Below, piece after piece: positions 34,580 to 46,700 of a DNA stretch of 64,000 bases. The stretch's first letter is position 1; each line of letters opens with the position of its first letter. Under the pieces are notes generated by a model. The model had not been told where the DNA came from. It saw only the letters and a program-made list of their open reading frames with translations, and ran no database searches. The translations under genes and the position numbers were made by a program. The DNA is from Prochlorococcus sp. AG-347-L02 (GTDB lineage: Bacteria; Cyanobacteriota; Cyanobacteriia; PCC-6307; Cyanobiaceae), in the NCBI GenBank assembly GCA_003281255.1, contig QCCL01000007.1, forward strand, positions 648-64,647, read 5' to 3'.

Positions 34580-36802
34580 ATGTTCACATCATCTTCAATT
34601 ATTGACAATCTTAATCAGTCAGAAGGATTAGAATATAAAAAATTATGCAGATTATTAAAAATAACCAAGAAATCTGATAAGGATAAATTAGATATTGCAT
34701 TAACAGCTCTAGAAAAACTTGAAATAATTAATAAAAATAAAGATGATGAATATACCTGCATAAAAGATAGTGATCATCTTGTCGCCAAAATAAGATGTAG
34801 TAGCAAAGGCTATTGCTTTGCTGTAAGAGGAAAAGACAAAGAAGATATATACATTAAAGAAAATCTACTTAATTATGCATGGAATGGAGATAAAGTTTTA
34901 GTAAGGATAATAAAAGAGGGTTATAGAAGAAGATCACCTGAGGGAATAGTTGATTGTATTCTTGAAAGATCAAATCAAATACTTCTTTCTAAAGTTGAAA
35001 TAATAAACAATGATGCATATGCAATCCCAATAGATGATAGGGTACTTTCTAAAATTAAACTTCCAAAAGAGAATAAAAAATACACTTTCAATCCAGAGGA
35101 TAAAAATATAGTAAAAGTTGAGATTGATAGATTTCCCATAGGTCAAGAAGAAGGGCTAGGTCATGTGATACAAGAACTAAAACTAAATAATAATGAGGAA
35201 TATGATACAGACTTTGTTTTATCCAAAAGCAATATCGTTAAATCACATAATTTAAATCATATTGAACCTAAAAAAATAGAAAAAAGAGAGAGGATAGACC
35301 TAACAGATAAAAACTCTTATTTATTCAAAAGTTGGAATTCTAATAATTCTCCGATGCTCCCAATGATTCAAATAGAGCAGGGAAAAAATAAAATTACTAA
35401 ATTATGGATACATACAAATAATCTTTCAGAAAGAGTAGATCTTAATAGTAAAAAATCTCTAGAAATATTATTTAATGGCTTCGAATCATTACCCCTGTTA
35501 AATGAATGGCAAAACTACCTTAGTGAAGCAATAAAAAATGATTCTGAATTTAAATTAGGAGAAAAAAATGAAGCAATTAGCCTCTGTTTGCATATAAATA
35601 GTGATAATGAAATAACGGATTGGTCATTTAATCTAACTTTAGTAAAATGCGCTCTTATTGTCGGAAGTGATCATACTGACGCGCTTCTATCTAGAAAAAG
35701 CAAAACAAGAATAACCTCTCGGATATTAAAACCTATAAAGGAATATATCGACGATTTAGATAAAATACTTGAAATTTCATGTTCATTCAGACATAAACAT
35801 CTTTTGGAGGGAAAGGTTGAAATTCCAGTGCCACTCAATAAGATAGAACTATTAGAAGAATTTTTTATTCACAATCCAGCTGAAAATTCAAAAGGATATT
35901 TTGAATCATTAAATAAAGAAGATTGCCAAACTTACCTTTCGCCAATACTACATGAAGCTAATTTAATATGGTTCAAACATTCAAATCAATATGGCTTAAA
36001 AAGCGCAGGATACATTTCTAACGGAATAGATTATGTTAACGCAAATGAAATCATTAAATATTCAGAATTTATTGATAATGATATAGAGCTTAATGAAGAT
36101 GGCAATGTGTCATTTAGTCAAGTTATTAAATTATGTAGCAATGATAATAAAAAAAGAATATTGCACAAACTTCTAATTAATGAATTTAAGGACAATGAAA
36201 TAAAGTTGATTTCTAAAAATCCTGATAATGATGAATCAGGAAAATTATTTATTTCTCCATGGACAATTCCTGGATTTGACTTCACTAATCTTATTAATCA
36301 ATACTGTATTTTTAATATGATAATAAATGGAAAGAAATCAAAGAAAAATAATATGAATGCAATAAATATATCGGAAAGTAATTCATTAGACCAAGTAGAT
36401 TGGGATATATTTAATTCATCAATTTCCAAGAATCTAGAAATATTATTTAACAAGTTTGTAATAGATAAGCTTAATGAATATAAGTACAAAGTTAACCAAT
36501 ATAAATCTAATTTGATAAATATAAAAAAAGTAAGAAAAGCAGAAAAATTACTAGGCAATATTTATAGTGGTTTTATATTGTCAGTTCAATCATACGGTTT
36601 CTTTGTTGAGATATCAGAACTAAATGTAGAGGGTTTAGTACACGTAAGCACTCTTAATAATGATTGGTATGAATATAGATCAAGGCAAAATCTATTGATT
36701 GGAAGAAAATCTAAAAAATCATATAAAGTTGGAGATTCAATAGAAGTAAAAATCATAAAAGTCGATATTCTTAAATATCAAATTGATTTAGAATTAACAT
36801 AA
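34580..36802 (+). CDS. RNase II/R-like protein with cold-shock-like and S1 domains but a degenerate RNB catalytic region
   Basis: 740 aa. OB/CSD-like VAKIRCSSKGYCFAVRG...GDKVLVRI. C-terminal S1 domain GFILSVQSYGFFVEISELNVEGLVHVSTL. Where RNB motif I (DxxxxxDxDDA) should be, the protein reads KSWNSNNSPMLPMI. Confidence 0.75.
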   Translation: MFTSSSIIDNLNQSEGLEYKKLCRLLKITKKSDKDKLDIALTALEKLEIINKNKDDEYTCIKDSDHLVAKIRCSSKGYCFAVRGKDKEDIYIKENLLNYAWNGDKVLVRIIKEGYRRRSPEGIVDCILERSNQILLSKVEIINNDAYAIPIDDRVLSKIKLPKENKKYTFNPEDKNIVKVEIDRFPIGQEEGLGHVIQELKLNNNEEYDTDFVLSKSNIVKSHNLNHIEPKKIEKRERIDLTDKNSYLFKSWNSNNSPMLPMIQIEQGKNKITKLWIHTNNLSERVDLNSKKSLEILFNGFESLPLLNEWQNYLSEAIKNDSEFKLGEKNEAISLCLHINSDNEITDWSFNLTLVKCALIVGSDHTDALLSRKSKTRITSRILKPIKEYIDDLDKILEISCSFRHKHLLEGKVEIPVPLNKIELLEEFFIHNPAENSKGYFESLNKEDCQTYLSPILHEANLIWFKHSNQYGLKSAGYISNGIDYVNANEIIKYSEFIDNDIELNEDGNVSFSQVIKLCSNDNKKRILHKLLINEFKDNEIKLISKNPDNDESGKLFISPWTIPGFDFTNLINQYCIFNMIINGKKSKKNNMNAINISESNSLDQVDWDIFNSSISKNLEILFNKFVIDKLNEYKYKVNQYKSNLINIKKVRKAEKLLGNIYSGFILSVQSYGFFVEISELNVEGLVHVSTLNNDWYEYRSRQNLLIGRKSKKSYKVGDSIEVKIIKVDILKYQIDLELT

Positions 36803-36869
36803 ATGAATTTTCACAAATCATATTATGGCAACATTAACAAAAAAAAATTTAAGATAACTCTTTAGAATT

Positions 36870-37313
36870 ATGTTTAAGAAGAAATATTTATTATTAACTC
36901 TTTTTTTAATAATAATTTTTCAAGCCTTATTATACACAAATAATAATCAGAAGACTTCATTTAGATACTTTAAATGGACTCTACAAGAAGTAACTATAGG
37001 TAAGTTAATCAGTATTTCATTTTTTTCTGGTTTATTTATAGGAACTTTATTGAATACCACAATGACTAAAACTAGTTTCAGAAAAAATACTTTCGAAAAT
37101 GTGGAAGATGATTTTGTAAATCAAAATAATGAGGAAGATATAGAACCAAACGTTGAAATGCCGCCACAAAGGGATATTAGAGAAAGTCAACCAACAATTT
37201 CTGTTAATTATAGGGTAGTCAAAAATATGAATGATAATAATTTTAAAAAAGATCGAAATTATTCAGATCTAGATAAAAAAGATGACTGGGATAATTCTGA
37301 TAATGATTGGTAA
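36870..37313 (+). CDS. Membrane-anchored hypothetical protein with acidic tail
   Basis: 147 aa, two hydrophobic segments then a Asp/Asn-rich C-terminus. Confidence 0.5.
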   Translation: MFKKKYLLLTLFLIIIFQALLYTNNNQKTSFRYFKWTLQEVTIGKLISISFFSGLFIGTLLNTTMTKTSFRKNTFENVEDDFVNQNNEEDIEPNVEMPPQRDIRESQPTISVNYRVVKNMNDNNFKKDRNYSDLDKKDDWDNSDNDW

Positions 37314-37374
37314 AAAATAAATTATTTAAAAAAAATGATTTTTTAATTTATAATATTTATAAATAGTTTTTTTT

Positions 37375-37953
37375 ATGGAAGAAAATTTAGACATAAATAA
37401 TGAAGTCAATAAAGAAATTCCTGAAAAAACTACTAAATCAAACTCTGAAGAAATAAAAGAACCTAGATCAGAAAAAGATACAAATACGGTTATAAATCCT
37501 GGAAATTTTCAAAGAAATTCTGTTTCAGAAGTCATTATTAAGAATGAAATTGACACTCCCGTCAAACCTGTCACTAAACCCAAAAAAGAACTTCCAATAG
37601 AGAAAAAGCCTTTCCAAGAATTTATCAACATTTATTTAATTCCCGCTCTTTTAGAGGAAATTAATCAAAGAGGATTAGAAATAAACAATATTAACCTCAA
37701 AAACACTAATAGACCTATAGCTGGAGATAAATGTTGGGTGATAAATTGCGAAATTAAAGATACATGTAACTTTTGGTTATCCTTTGAGAAAGAAGACATT
37801 AGTTCATTAAAAAGTATTTCTTTATCTAAACCAAATCAAAACCCCAGCATTATTGAATCATTCCTTATTGATGAGAAAAGAATAACTCTTAAATTAATTG
37901 TTTCAAGAGTATTGCAAAGATTAAATGGACAAAAATTGATTGGAGTTAATTAA
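37375..37953 (+). CDS. Conserved cyanobacterial hypothetical protein (DUF2996-like)
   Basis: 192 aa. Low-complexity N-terminus, then FQEFINIYLIPALLEEINQRG...CWVINCEI...FWLSFEKEDI. Confidence 0.55.
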   Translation: MEENLDINNEVNKEIPEKTTKSNSEEIKEPRSEKDTNTVINPGNFQRNSVSEVIIKNEIDTPVKPVTKPKKELPIEKKPFQEFINIYLIPALLEEINQRGLEINNINLKNTNRPIAGDKCWVINCEIKDTCNFWLSFEKEDISSLKSISLSKPNQNPSIIESFLIDEKRITLKLIVSRVLQRLNGQKLIGVN

Positions 37954-37998
37954 CGAAAGAATAACACCAAGTTAACTTTTCCCTCGAAAATACAAATA

Positions 37999-39204
37999 AT
38001 GGTAAATAATAGTATTAATAAAACAATTAAGATGTCTCAATCAACTATTGAATCAACAAATAAAAAAGAAATTAATAGAGGAAAAGCCCCAGCAAAGGAA
38101 ACTATTTTATCTCCAAGGTTTTATACAACAGACTTTGAGGCAATGGAAAATATGGATTTATCAATAAATGAGGAAGAATTAGAAGCGATATGTGAGGAAT
38201 TTAGAAAAGATTACAATAGGCACCATTTTGTAAGAAATAGTGAATTTGAAGGAGCTGCTGATAAGTTAGATCCTGAGACAAGAGAACTTTTTGTTGATTT
38301 TCTGGAAGGGAGTTGCACATCTGAATTTTCAGGTTTTTTACTTTATAAGGAGCTAAGCAAAAGGATTAAAGACAAAAACCCTCTTCTTGCTGAATGTTTT
38401 GCTCATATGGCCAGAGACGAAGCTAGACATGCAGGTTTCTTGAATAAATCTATGAGTGATTTTGGATTACAGTTAGATTTAGGTTTTTTAACAGCAAATA
38501 AGGATTACACCTATTTTCCACCAAGAAGTATTTTTTATGCCACTTATTTATCTGAAAAAATAGGCTATTGGAGATACATCGCAATTTATAGGCATCTTGA
38601 AAAAAATCCAGATAGCAAGATTTTTCCACTATTTAATTACTTTGAAAATTGGTGTCAAGATGAAAATAGGCATGGGGATTTCTTTGATGCACTGATGAAA
38701 GCACAGCCTCGTACTGTTAAATCATTAAGTCAAAAAATTATCATTGGCGGCTCTACCTTTACACACCCGCTATTTGACTATTTCCATAGATTTAGATATT
38801 TTTTGAATAATCTTCCATTAACATCAAAGTTATGGTCAAGATTCTTTCTACTAGCTGTATTTGCAACTATGTATGCAAGGGATTTGGGAATTAAAAAAGA
38901 TTTCTACAGTTCATTAGGTTTAGATGCCAGAGATTACGACCAGTTTGTTATTAATAAAACGAATGAAACTGCAGCTAGAGTTTTCCCTGTAGTAATGGAC
39001 GTTTATGATAAATCTTTTTATGGAAGATTAGATAAAATAGTAGAGAATAATAAGGTTCTTTCCGATATTGCGAGCAGTAATGGAAATAAAGTATCTAAAA
39101 CTTTTAAAAAATTACCTAAATATTTATCAAACGGTTACCAGTTATTAAGACTATACTTATTAAAACCTCTTGATAGCAAAGATTTCCAACCTTCGATTAG
39201 ATAA
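37999..39204 (+). CDS. acsF: Mg-protoporphyrin IX monomethyl ester oxidative cyclase
   Basis: 401 aa di-iron carboxylate protein. [37 protein letters not shown]. The true start may be the downstream ATG (MSQSTIE...). Confidence 0.95.
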   Translation: MVNNSINKTIKMSQSTIESTNKKEINRGKAPAKETILSPRFYTTDFEAMENMDLSINEEELEAICEEFRKDYNRHHFVRNSEFEGAADKLDPETRELFVDFLEGSCTSEFSGFLLYKELSKRIKDKNPLLAECFAHMARDEARHAGFLNKSMSDFGLQLDLGFLTANKDYTYFPPRSIFYATYLSEKIGYWRYIAIYRHLEKNPDSKIFPLFNYFENWCQDENRHGDFFDALMKAQPRTVKSLSQKIIIGGSTFTHPLFDYFHRFRYFLNNLPLTSKLWSRFFLLAVFATMYARDLGIKKDFYSSLGLDARDYDQFVINKTNETAARVFPVVMDVYDKSFYGRLDKIVENNKVLSDIASSNGNKVSKTFKKLPKYLSNGYQLLRLYLLKPLDSKDFQPSIR

Positions 39205-39235
39205 TCTTTTATACAGAGAAGATTTATAGACTCAA

Positions 39236-40660
39236 ATGCTTTCGTCACAAATCAAATCAAATGAAATAGTTTTTGGTAGTTGCAATAAAGATTTATTAGA
39301 AGAAATAATTTTCTACGGTATTGGACTTGGGGCTGATTTTGTAGAAATATTTATAGAGAATACCGACAACTCAAGTGTGCTTGCTGAAGAGGATTTTATT
39401 ACTAGTGTAAGTCCATCATTTGGAAGGGGGGCTGGTATTAGAATCTTCAAAGAAAAAAAGGATGGATTTGTAAGTACAAATGATTTAACAAAGCATGGGT
39501 TGATGAGATCGGTAACACAGGCTATTGAGATGTTAGATATAGTGGTTAACAAAAAAAGAGAAGTATTTGACGGTTTAAATAAATATAGGGACTATAGTTT
39601 ACACAAGAAAAAATGGATAAATGAAGTACCATCTATTCATGAGATAAGTGAAAAACTATTAGCCAGCACAAAGTCTCTAAAAAAAAATAATAAAATAATA
39701 ACTAGAAAAGGAAGTTACTCAAGAAATCTGCAAGAAGTAATTATAGCTTCCAGCGACGGAACCTATGTCTCAGATATTAGGTTGCATCAAACAGTTGGAC
39801 TCAACGTAATTGCTAGTGATGCCCAGTATAGATCTAGTGGAAGTAGAAGATTTGGATCGTCAGGAATGCCTAATGAATTCAGATTATGGGATCACGAAAA
39901 AGCAGCTAATGATGTGTTTGAAAGCTCAATGAACATGTTGTATGCAGATTATGTTGATGCGGGACAAATGCCTGTTGTATTAGCTAATAAATTTGGTGGC
40001 GTTATATTCCACGAAGCCTGCGGTCATTTACTTGAAACTACGCAAATAGAGAGAGGAACAACACCATTTGATAATAAATTGAATGAAAAAATTGCACATG
40101 AATCTGTAACAGCAATAGATGAAGGAATTTCAGAAGGATCCTTTGGTTCATTATCAGTAGATGACGAAGGTATGGAACCCGAAAAATCAGTTCTTATAAA
40201 AGATGGAATTTTAAAAAAATTCATATCCGACAGGGCAGGTGAGCTAAGAACTGGACATAAAAGAACTGGGAGTGGAAGAAGACAAAATTATTCCTTTGCT
40301 GCAGCTTCACGAATGAGAAATACTTATATAGCTAAAGGTGAGCACTCGAAAGAGGATTTAATTAATAGCATTAGTGATGGTCTTTACTGCAAATCAATGG
40401 GTGGTGGCAGTGTAGGTGCTACAGGACAATTTAATTTTGCAGTAGAAGAAGGATATCTTATTAAAAATGGAAAATTAACTAATCCAGTAAAAGGAGCAAC
40501 TTTGATTGGTGAGGCTAAAGAAGTTATGCCAAAAATATCAATGTGCGGAAATGACCTCGAATTAGCTCCTGGATTTTGTGGATCCATCAGTGGAAGTGTC
40601 AACGTAACTGTTGGCCAACCTCATATTAAGGTTGATTCAATCACTGTTGGAGGAAGATAG
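39236..40660 (+). CDS. tldD: Metalloprotease TldD
   Basis: 474 aa. FHEACGHLLE (HExxxH) and a Gly-rich C-terminal barrel. Confidence 0.9.
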   Translation: MLSSQIKSNEIVFGSCNKDLLEEIIFYGIGLGADFVEIFIENTDNSSVLAEEDFITSVSPSFGRGAGIRIFKEKKDGFVSTNDLTKHGLMRSVTQAIEMLDIVVNKKREVFDGLNKYRDYSLHKKKWINEVPSIHEISEKLLASTKSLKKNNKIITRKGSYSRNLQEVIIASSDGTYVSDIRLHQTVGLNVIASDAQYRSSGSRRFGSSGMPNEFRLWDHEKAANDVFESSMNMLYADYVDAGQMPVVLANKFGGVIFHEACGHLLETTQIERGTTPFDNKLNEKIAHESVTAIDEGISEGSFGSLSVDDEGMEPEKSVLIKDGILKKFISDRAGELRTGHKRTGSGRRQNYSFAAASRMRNTYIAKGEHSKEDLINSISDGLYCKSMGGGSVGATGQFNFAVEEGYLIKNGKLTNPVKGATLIGEAKEVMPKISMCGNDLELAPGFCGSISGSVNVTVGQPHIKVDSITVGGR

Positions 40661-40663
40661 GAT

Positions 40664-42016
40664 ATGAATTCAAAAGAAATAACAACTCAAATATCTGAGG
40701 CTGCAGATTCTCTAAATCTTAAAAAATGGGATTATGGTGCAAGCTTCTCTAATGACTATTCTGTGCAAGTAGATAAAGGTGAGGCCAAACAACTTAAGGC
40801 ATCACAAAAGCAAATTTTAACTATAAGAGTTTGGAACAAATCTAATTTAGTTGGCATTACAACAACTAGTGATATTAGTCAATCTGGTATTAAAAAAGCT
40901 CTAAATCAAGCAAATATTGCATCTGATTTTGGCAACAAGAATGAAAGAACAGAATTCTCACCACTAGCCAAGGATCCTATTGAAGTTAAGGACTCAAAAA
41001 AAAGAAATCCTGTTGGAATAAAAAAATTACTTACGCTTTTAAGAGAAGCAGAAGTAAAACTATTAGAAAGCCATGAATCCATAAAATCTGTTCCGTATAA
41101 TGGTCTATCTGAGAGTTTTTATGAGAGAGTTTATGCAAATAGTAATGGTGCATTTCGGAGTTATTCCAAAAGTCAAGCTGCACTTTATTTATATGCAAGA
41201 GCAGAAGAGAAAAATAAGAAACCTCGTAGCTCAGGTTCTGTAAAACTTGGATATGGAGTTGATGATATAGATATAGAGTCGTGTATAAAAGACGCTTCTA
41301 ATAAAACAATTTCTCATTTAAATTATTCATCTATTAAAACTGATAAATATTTAATATGTTTTTCCCCAGAGTCTTTTTTAACTATCATTAATGCCTTTAG
41401 TTCAATGTTTAATGCTAGAAGCATTTTAGATGGAGTTAGCTTATCTAATAAAAATTCTATTGGAGAGAAACTATCTACAGAAGCACTTAATATTTATGAT
41501 GATGGTCTTCACGAAAAGAATATTTCTTCATCACCCTTCGATGGAGAGGGAACTCCTACCAAAAGACTATGTTTAATAAACAAAGGGAGACTTGAAAATT
41601 TTATACATTCTGAATCAACTGCAAGAATATTTAAAACAATCCCCACAGGCCACGCTGGACTAGGATCAAAAGTTTCAGTATCTCCTGATTGGATAGTAGT
41701 TGAGAAATCAGGGGAAACCTCAGATCTAAAAACATCATTAGATCACTCTATTTTTGAGGGAGAATTTGTTTATATTGAAGAATTAAATGCAATCCATGCA
41801 GGTGTCAGAGCAAGTCAAGGTTCATTCTCTCTTCCATTTGATGGATGGCTCTATAAAAACGGTAAAAAAATCTCAGTAGAATCTGCAACTGTAGCAGGGG
41901 ATATCAAATATCTTTTGAAAAATATAGTAAATATTGAATCAAGCCAGGAAGTAACAACAAGTGGAATTTCTCCACATATATGGGTAGATGAATTATCAAT
42001 AACTGGTGACGCGTGA
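40664..42016 (+). CDS. pmbA: Metalloprotease partner PmbA/TldE
   Basis: 450 aa TldD/PmbA-family paralog without HExxxH, directly downstream of tldD. Confidence 0.85.
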   Translation: MNSKEITTQISEAADSLNLKKWDYGASFSNDYSVQVDKGEAKQLKASQKQILTIRVWNKSNLVGITTTSDISQSGIKKALNQANIASDFGNKNERTEFSPLAKDPIEVKDSKKRNPVGIKKLLTLLREAEVKLLESHESIKSVPYNGLSESFYERVYANSNGAFRSYSKSQAALYLYARAEEKNKKPRSSGSVKLGYGVDDIDIESCIKDASNKTISHLNYSSIKTDKYLICFSPESFLTIINAFSSMFNARSILDGVSLSNKNSIGEKLSTEALNIYDDGLHEKNISSSPFDGEGTPTKRLCLINKGRLENFIHSESTARIFKTIPTGHAGLGSKVSVSPDWIVVEKSGETSDLKTSLDHSIFEGEFVYIEELNAIHAGVRASQGSFSLPFDGWLYKNGKKISVESATVAGDIKYLLKNIVNIESSQEVTTSGISPHIWVDELSITGDA

Positions 42017-42999
42017 GAATTATATTCTGGGGAACACCTGAATATTCAATTGAGAGCCTTAATATTTTTATTAAATCTAAGCACGAGGTAATTGGAGTAG
42101 TTAGCCAACCCGATAAGAAAAGATCTAGGGGAAATAAATTAATATCCTCACCTGTTAAGAGCTTTGCCGAGCAAGAATCTATAAAAATTTATACTCCAGC
42201 AAGAATCAGAGACAATATACATTTTATAAATGAACTTAAATCACTATCTTGTGATTTATTTATTGTTATAGCTTATGGAAAAATATTACCTAAAGAGATA
42301 TTGGAAATCCCAAAATTTGGATGTTGGAACGCACATGCTTCATTACTTCCAAGATGGCGTGGTGCAGCCCCAATCCAATGGTCCCTAATAAAAGGCGATG
42401 AATATACTGGTGTAGGAATCATGAAAATGAATGAGGGACTGGATACTGGCGACTTATTGTTGGAAGAAAAAATTAAAATTGATAATGACGATAATTTAAA
42501 TACACTATCGGAAAAACTTAGTATTCTATCTGCAAAATTATTTTTAAATGCCACATCACTACTCGAAGAAAATATTAATAAAAATACTAATTATCAATTA
42601 ACAAAACAAAATACCCTTGGAAGAGAAATTACTTACGCAAGGATGATTGAAAAATCAGACTTTAAAGTTGATTGGGGTAATGAGGCAATTAAAATTTCTC
42701 AAAAAATAAAAGCATTATACCCACGAGCAAATACAACTTTTAGAGGTAAGAACCTAAAAATACTTAAAATCAAAGTTTTGAGTAGTGATGAAATTGCTCA
42801 TGAAAAGGTAATTTTCATGAGCAATAATTCAAGACCAGGTATTATTCTTGCTGTAATAGAAAATGAAGGAATAATAATTTCAACTAAAACTGATCCGATT
42901 ATATTGTTAGAAGCAAAACTTGAAGGCAAAAACATTTCTAGCAAAAAGCAATTGATACAACAGTTAAAGCCATCATTAGGTGAATATCTCTCAGATTAA
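42013..42999 (+). CDS. fmt: Methionyl-tRNA formyltransferase
   Basis: 328 aa. IIFWGTPEYS, NAHASLLPRWRGAAPIQW. The GTG start overlaps the pmbA stop (GTGA). Confidence 0.95.
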   Translation: MRIIFWGTPEYSIESLNIFIKSKHEVIGVVSQPDKKRSRGNKLISSPVKSFAEQESIKIYTPARIRDNIHFINELKSLSCDLFIVIAYGKILPKEILEIPKFGCWNAHASLLPRWRGAAPIQWSLIKGDEYTGVGIMKMNEGLDTGDLLLEEKIKIDNDDNLNTLSEKLSILSAKLFLNATSLLEENINKNTNYQLTKQNTLGREITYARMIEKSDFKVDWGNEAIKISQKIKALYPRANTTFRGKNLKILKIKVLSSDEIAHEKVIFMSNNSRPGIILAVIENEGIIISTKTDPIILLEAKLEGKNISSKKQLIQQLKPSLGEYLSD

Positions 43000-43709
43000 T
43001 TTTTAGATTCTTTTTTAGAGAATCCCCAAGTGAAGGCAAAAAGAATCAAAAAATAAAAATAATAGTCTGGAAGAATAGACTCTTTAATTAACGTATTTAG
43101 TAAAAGTTTAATTCCAACTATTAAAATTGCTACGTAACCGGCTGTTTCTAATCTAGAAAATATATCCAGAAGTTTTAGAAAAATCCCCGATGTAAATCTT
43201 AAGGCTAATACTCCAATCACTGCTCCAAATATTATTAATATGTATTGATCGCTGATAGCTACTGCAGTAGTAATACTGTCTATGGAAAAAGCAAAATCAG
43301 TAATTGAAAGAAGCGCTACAACCCTTAAGAACCTAAAATTATTTTTATTATTATCTGTGCCATTTTCATCATTTTCTGTATCTGAATTTAAAAAAACATT
43401 AGATAAGAACAAATATATTAAATAAAAACCAGCAAAAACTCTAATAAGAATAAACTTTAGAAGAACATTAGATAATATGATGAGAATAATTCTAAATAAT
43501 AAAGATATTGTTATACCAATATTTAAGGCTCTTGACCTCAATTCTGAACTATCGAGAGATTTAGTAAGAGAAGCTAGTGCGACAGCATTATCTGCCGATA
43601 ATAATAATTCTAGGGCAATTAATATTGGTAAAAGTGTAAAGATTTCGTACCAACTATCTACCTGATCTAGAGTCGGTATAAAAGAATTTATTGCGGCTGA
43701 ATCCATCAA
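42996..43709 (-). CDS. TerC-family integral membrane protein
   Basis: 237 aa. LELLLSADNAVALASL and SIDSITTAVAIS repeat motifs. Confidence 0.8.
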   Translation of the reverse strand: MMDSAAINSFIPTLDQVDSWYEIFTLLPILIALELLLSADNAVALASLTKSLDSSELRSRALNIGITISLLFRIILIILSNVLLKFILIRVFAGFYLIYLFLSNVFLNSDTENDENGTDNNKNNFRFLRVVALLSITDFAFSIDSITTAVAISDQYILIIFGAVIGVLALRFTSGIFLKLLDIFSRLETAGYVAILIVGIKLLLNTLIKESILPDYYFYFLILFAFTWGFSKKESKN

Positions 43710-43780
43710 ATATTATTCACATTCAGTATAAAATCTAATATAATGTATCGGATATTTGTAATCAAGATTGATAACTATAA

Positions 43781-46700
43781 ATGAGTTTAAATACTTTAGT
43801 TAATTATATTTCTAACTCACAAATTACTTCTGAATTAATAAAAAGAATTTCAAAAAATAATGAATTAAATATTGTTGGTTCAAGTAGATATGCTAAATCA
43901 ATAATTTTAGATAGCATCGCAAAAAAAGAGGGAAAAAATATATTATTAATTTGTCCTAATGTAGAAATTGCCTACAAATGGATTGGTTATTTTGAAAGTA
44001 TAAATAATAAAGCAGTTTTATATTATCCCCCAACAGAACATCTACCATACTCATCAATTAATAAATCCAAAGAGATTGAATTTAGTCAGCTTACTGTTTT
44101 ATCCAAATTAATAAAAAAAGAGAAAAAGGAACTTAATATTGTTATATCAACAGAGAGATCACTTCAACCACATCTAATAAATAAAAACTTATTTATTGAA
44201 AACAAGTTAGATTTGCAAAAAGGGGTTCAAATCGAGATTCAAGAATTAGCAAATAAACTTACTTTCCTGGGTTATACAAAAGAAAATGTGACTTCAACAG
44301 AAGGATTCTGGAGTAGAAGAGGGGAAATAATAGATATTTATCCTGTAAACAATGAGTTTCCTATACGATTGGAATTTTTTGATAATGTAATTGAGAAAAT
44401 AAGAGAATATGATCCACACACACAGAAAACATTAGAAAGTATAAATAATATTGAAATAATACAGGCTGGATTTGATTTGCTAATAAAAGATAAGTTAAAT
44501 AATTTATCTAAGAACAGTATTTTTAATTCAGAAGATATAAATAAAAATAATCTTGATCGTTATTTAGGAATAATTGAAGAAAAACCTTCAAATATAATAG
44601 ATTTTATAAATAGGGAAACAATTATCGTTATTGATGAATTAGAAGATTGTAAAAAATTTGCAAATAATTGGTATTTAGATTCAGAAAGTAATTTTGATAA
44701 TTGTGTGTATGAATTAAATGAGAACCTTAAAAATAATGAAATGAATTTAGAAGCCAAACCTAATTTGCATTTAAAGTTTGATGAAATATTAAATTCACTA
44801 GGAAATTTTAATTTAATAAAATTTTATGAATTTGAATCTAAAGTCAATATTGATAATAGGTTTTTGTTAAATGATAAAAGATTAAATTCATACTCAAAAA
44901 ATATAGGAAAATTATCCAATGATATAAATAAAAATATAAAAAATAATGAAAAAGTATGGATATTATCAGCACAGCCATTGAGAACTAGGACTTTACTTTC
45001 TGAGCACGAATGTAATACAAATTTTTTAAACAATCCTAATAATATTGATGAAGCATTTAAGTCAATTAATAATTCAACTCCTTTAATTTTAAAAAATAAG
45101 AACAATTATGAAATCGAGGGTTTTTATCTTCCGATATGGAAAGTTGTCCTGATAACAGATAAAGAATTATTTTCACAACAATCTCTTTTTAATAATGTAT
45201 TTATAAGAAGAAAAAAAAGAAGTGTAAATTCAAATATTAATTTAAATAAGATTAGTCCCGGTGATTTTATAGTTCATAAAAATCATGGGATAGGAAAATT
45301 TTTAAAAATAGAAAAAATAAATATAACTGGAGATTCAAGAGATTATTTAGTCATTCAGTATCAAGATGGGAAGATAAGTGTTGCCGCTGATCAACTCGGT
45401 AGTGTTAACAGATACAGATCAAGCGGAAAAATAAAGCCAAAAATAAATAAATTAGGAGGGACAGAATGGGAAAGAATAAAAGATAAAAATAAGAAACAAA
45501 TCAAAAAGGTTGCTGTCGATATATTAAAACTTTATGCAAAGAGAGAAAAATTAAAGGGTCACATATATCCAGAAGATGGTCCTTGGCAAGGTGAATTAGA
45601 GGAATCATTCCCTTATCAACCAACCCCAGATCAAATTACTGCTGTAAAGGAAATAAAATCTGATATGGAAAGCGAAAAGCCAATGGACAGATTAGTTTGT
45701 GGAGATGTAGGATTCGGTAAAACAGAAGTCGCTGTTCGAGCTATTTTTAAGGCTATAACATCAGGCAAACAGGTAATATTACTAGCACCCACAACAATCC
45801 TTGCTCAGCAACATTGGAGAACCATAAATAATAGATTTTCACCTTACCCAATAAAAGTATCACTACTCAACAGATTCAAAACCATTAATGAAAGGAAAGA
45901 AATCTATGCAGGTTTGAAAAATAATAAAATTGATTTAGTTGTAGCAACGCACCAAATTTTAGGAAAAGAAATAGAAATTAAAAACTTAGGATTACTTGTT
46001 ATTGATGAAGAACAAAGATTTGGAGTAAGGCAAAAGGAGAAAATTAAAAAAATCAAAACCAACATAGACGTTTTAACTCTCTCGGCAACTCCAATTCCAA
46101 GAACTCTGTATATGAGCTTATCTGGACTAAGACAAATGAGCTTACTAAATACTCCTCCTCCATCAAGAAGATCAATAAAAACATATTTATATGAAATAGA
46201 TATAGACGTTATAAGAACAGCAATTAATCAAGAACTTGATAGGGGAGGTCAAATTTTTTATGTTCTTCCAAGAATTTCTGATATCGATCAAGCTGTAGAC
46301 AAATTAAAAAATATGTTTCCCAGCTTAAAATTTATTGTTGCTCATGGGCAAATGAACGAAACAGAGCTTGAAAATGCAATGATTGCTTTTAATAATGGAG
46401 AAGTTGATCTAATGATATGCACAACGATAATTGAAAGTGGATTAGACATTCCTAAAGTAAATACAATCATTATTGAAGATTCTCACAAATTTGGACTTTC
46501 ACAACTTTATCAACTTAGAGGAAGAGTTGGTAGGAGCGGTGTACAAGCACATGCTTGGTTATTTTATCCAAATATAAATAAAATTAATGACGCTGCAAAA
46601 CAAAGATTGAAAGCGATAAAAGACTTTTCAGAACTAGGAAGTGGCTACCAACTTGCAATGAAAGATATGGAAATAAGAGGTGTTGGTAGTTTACTAGGAG

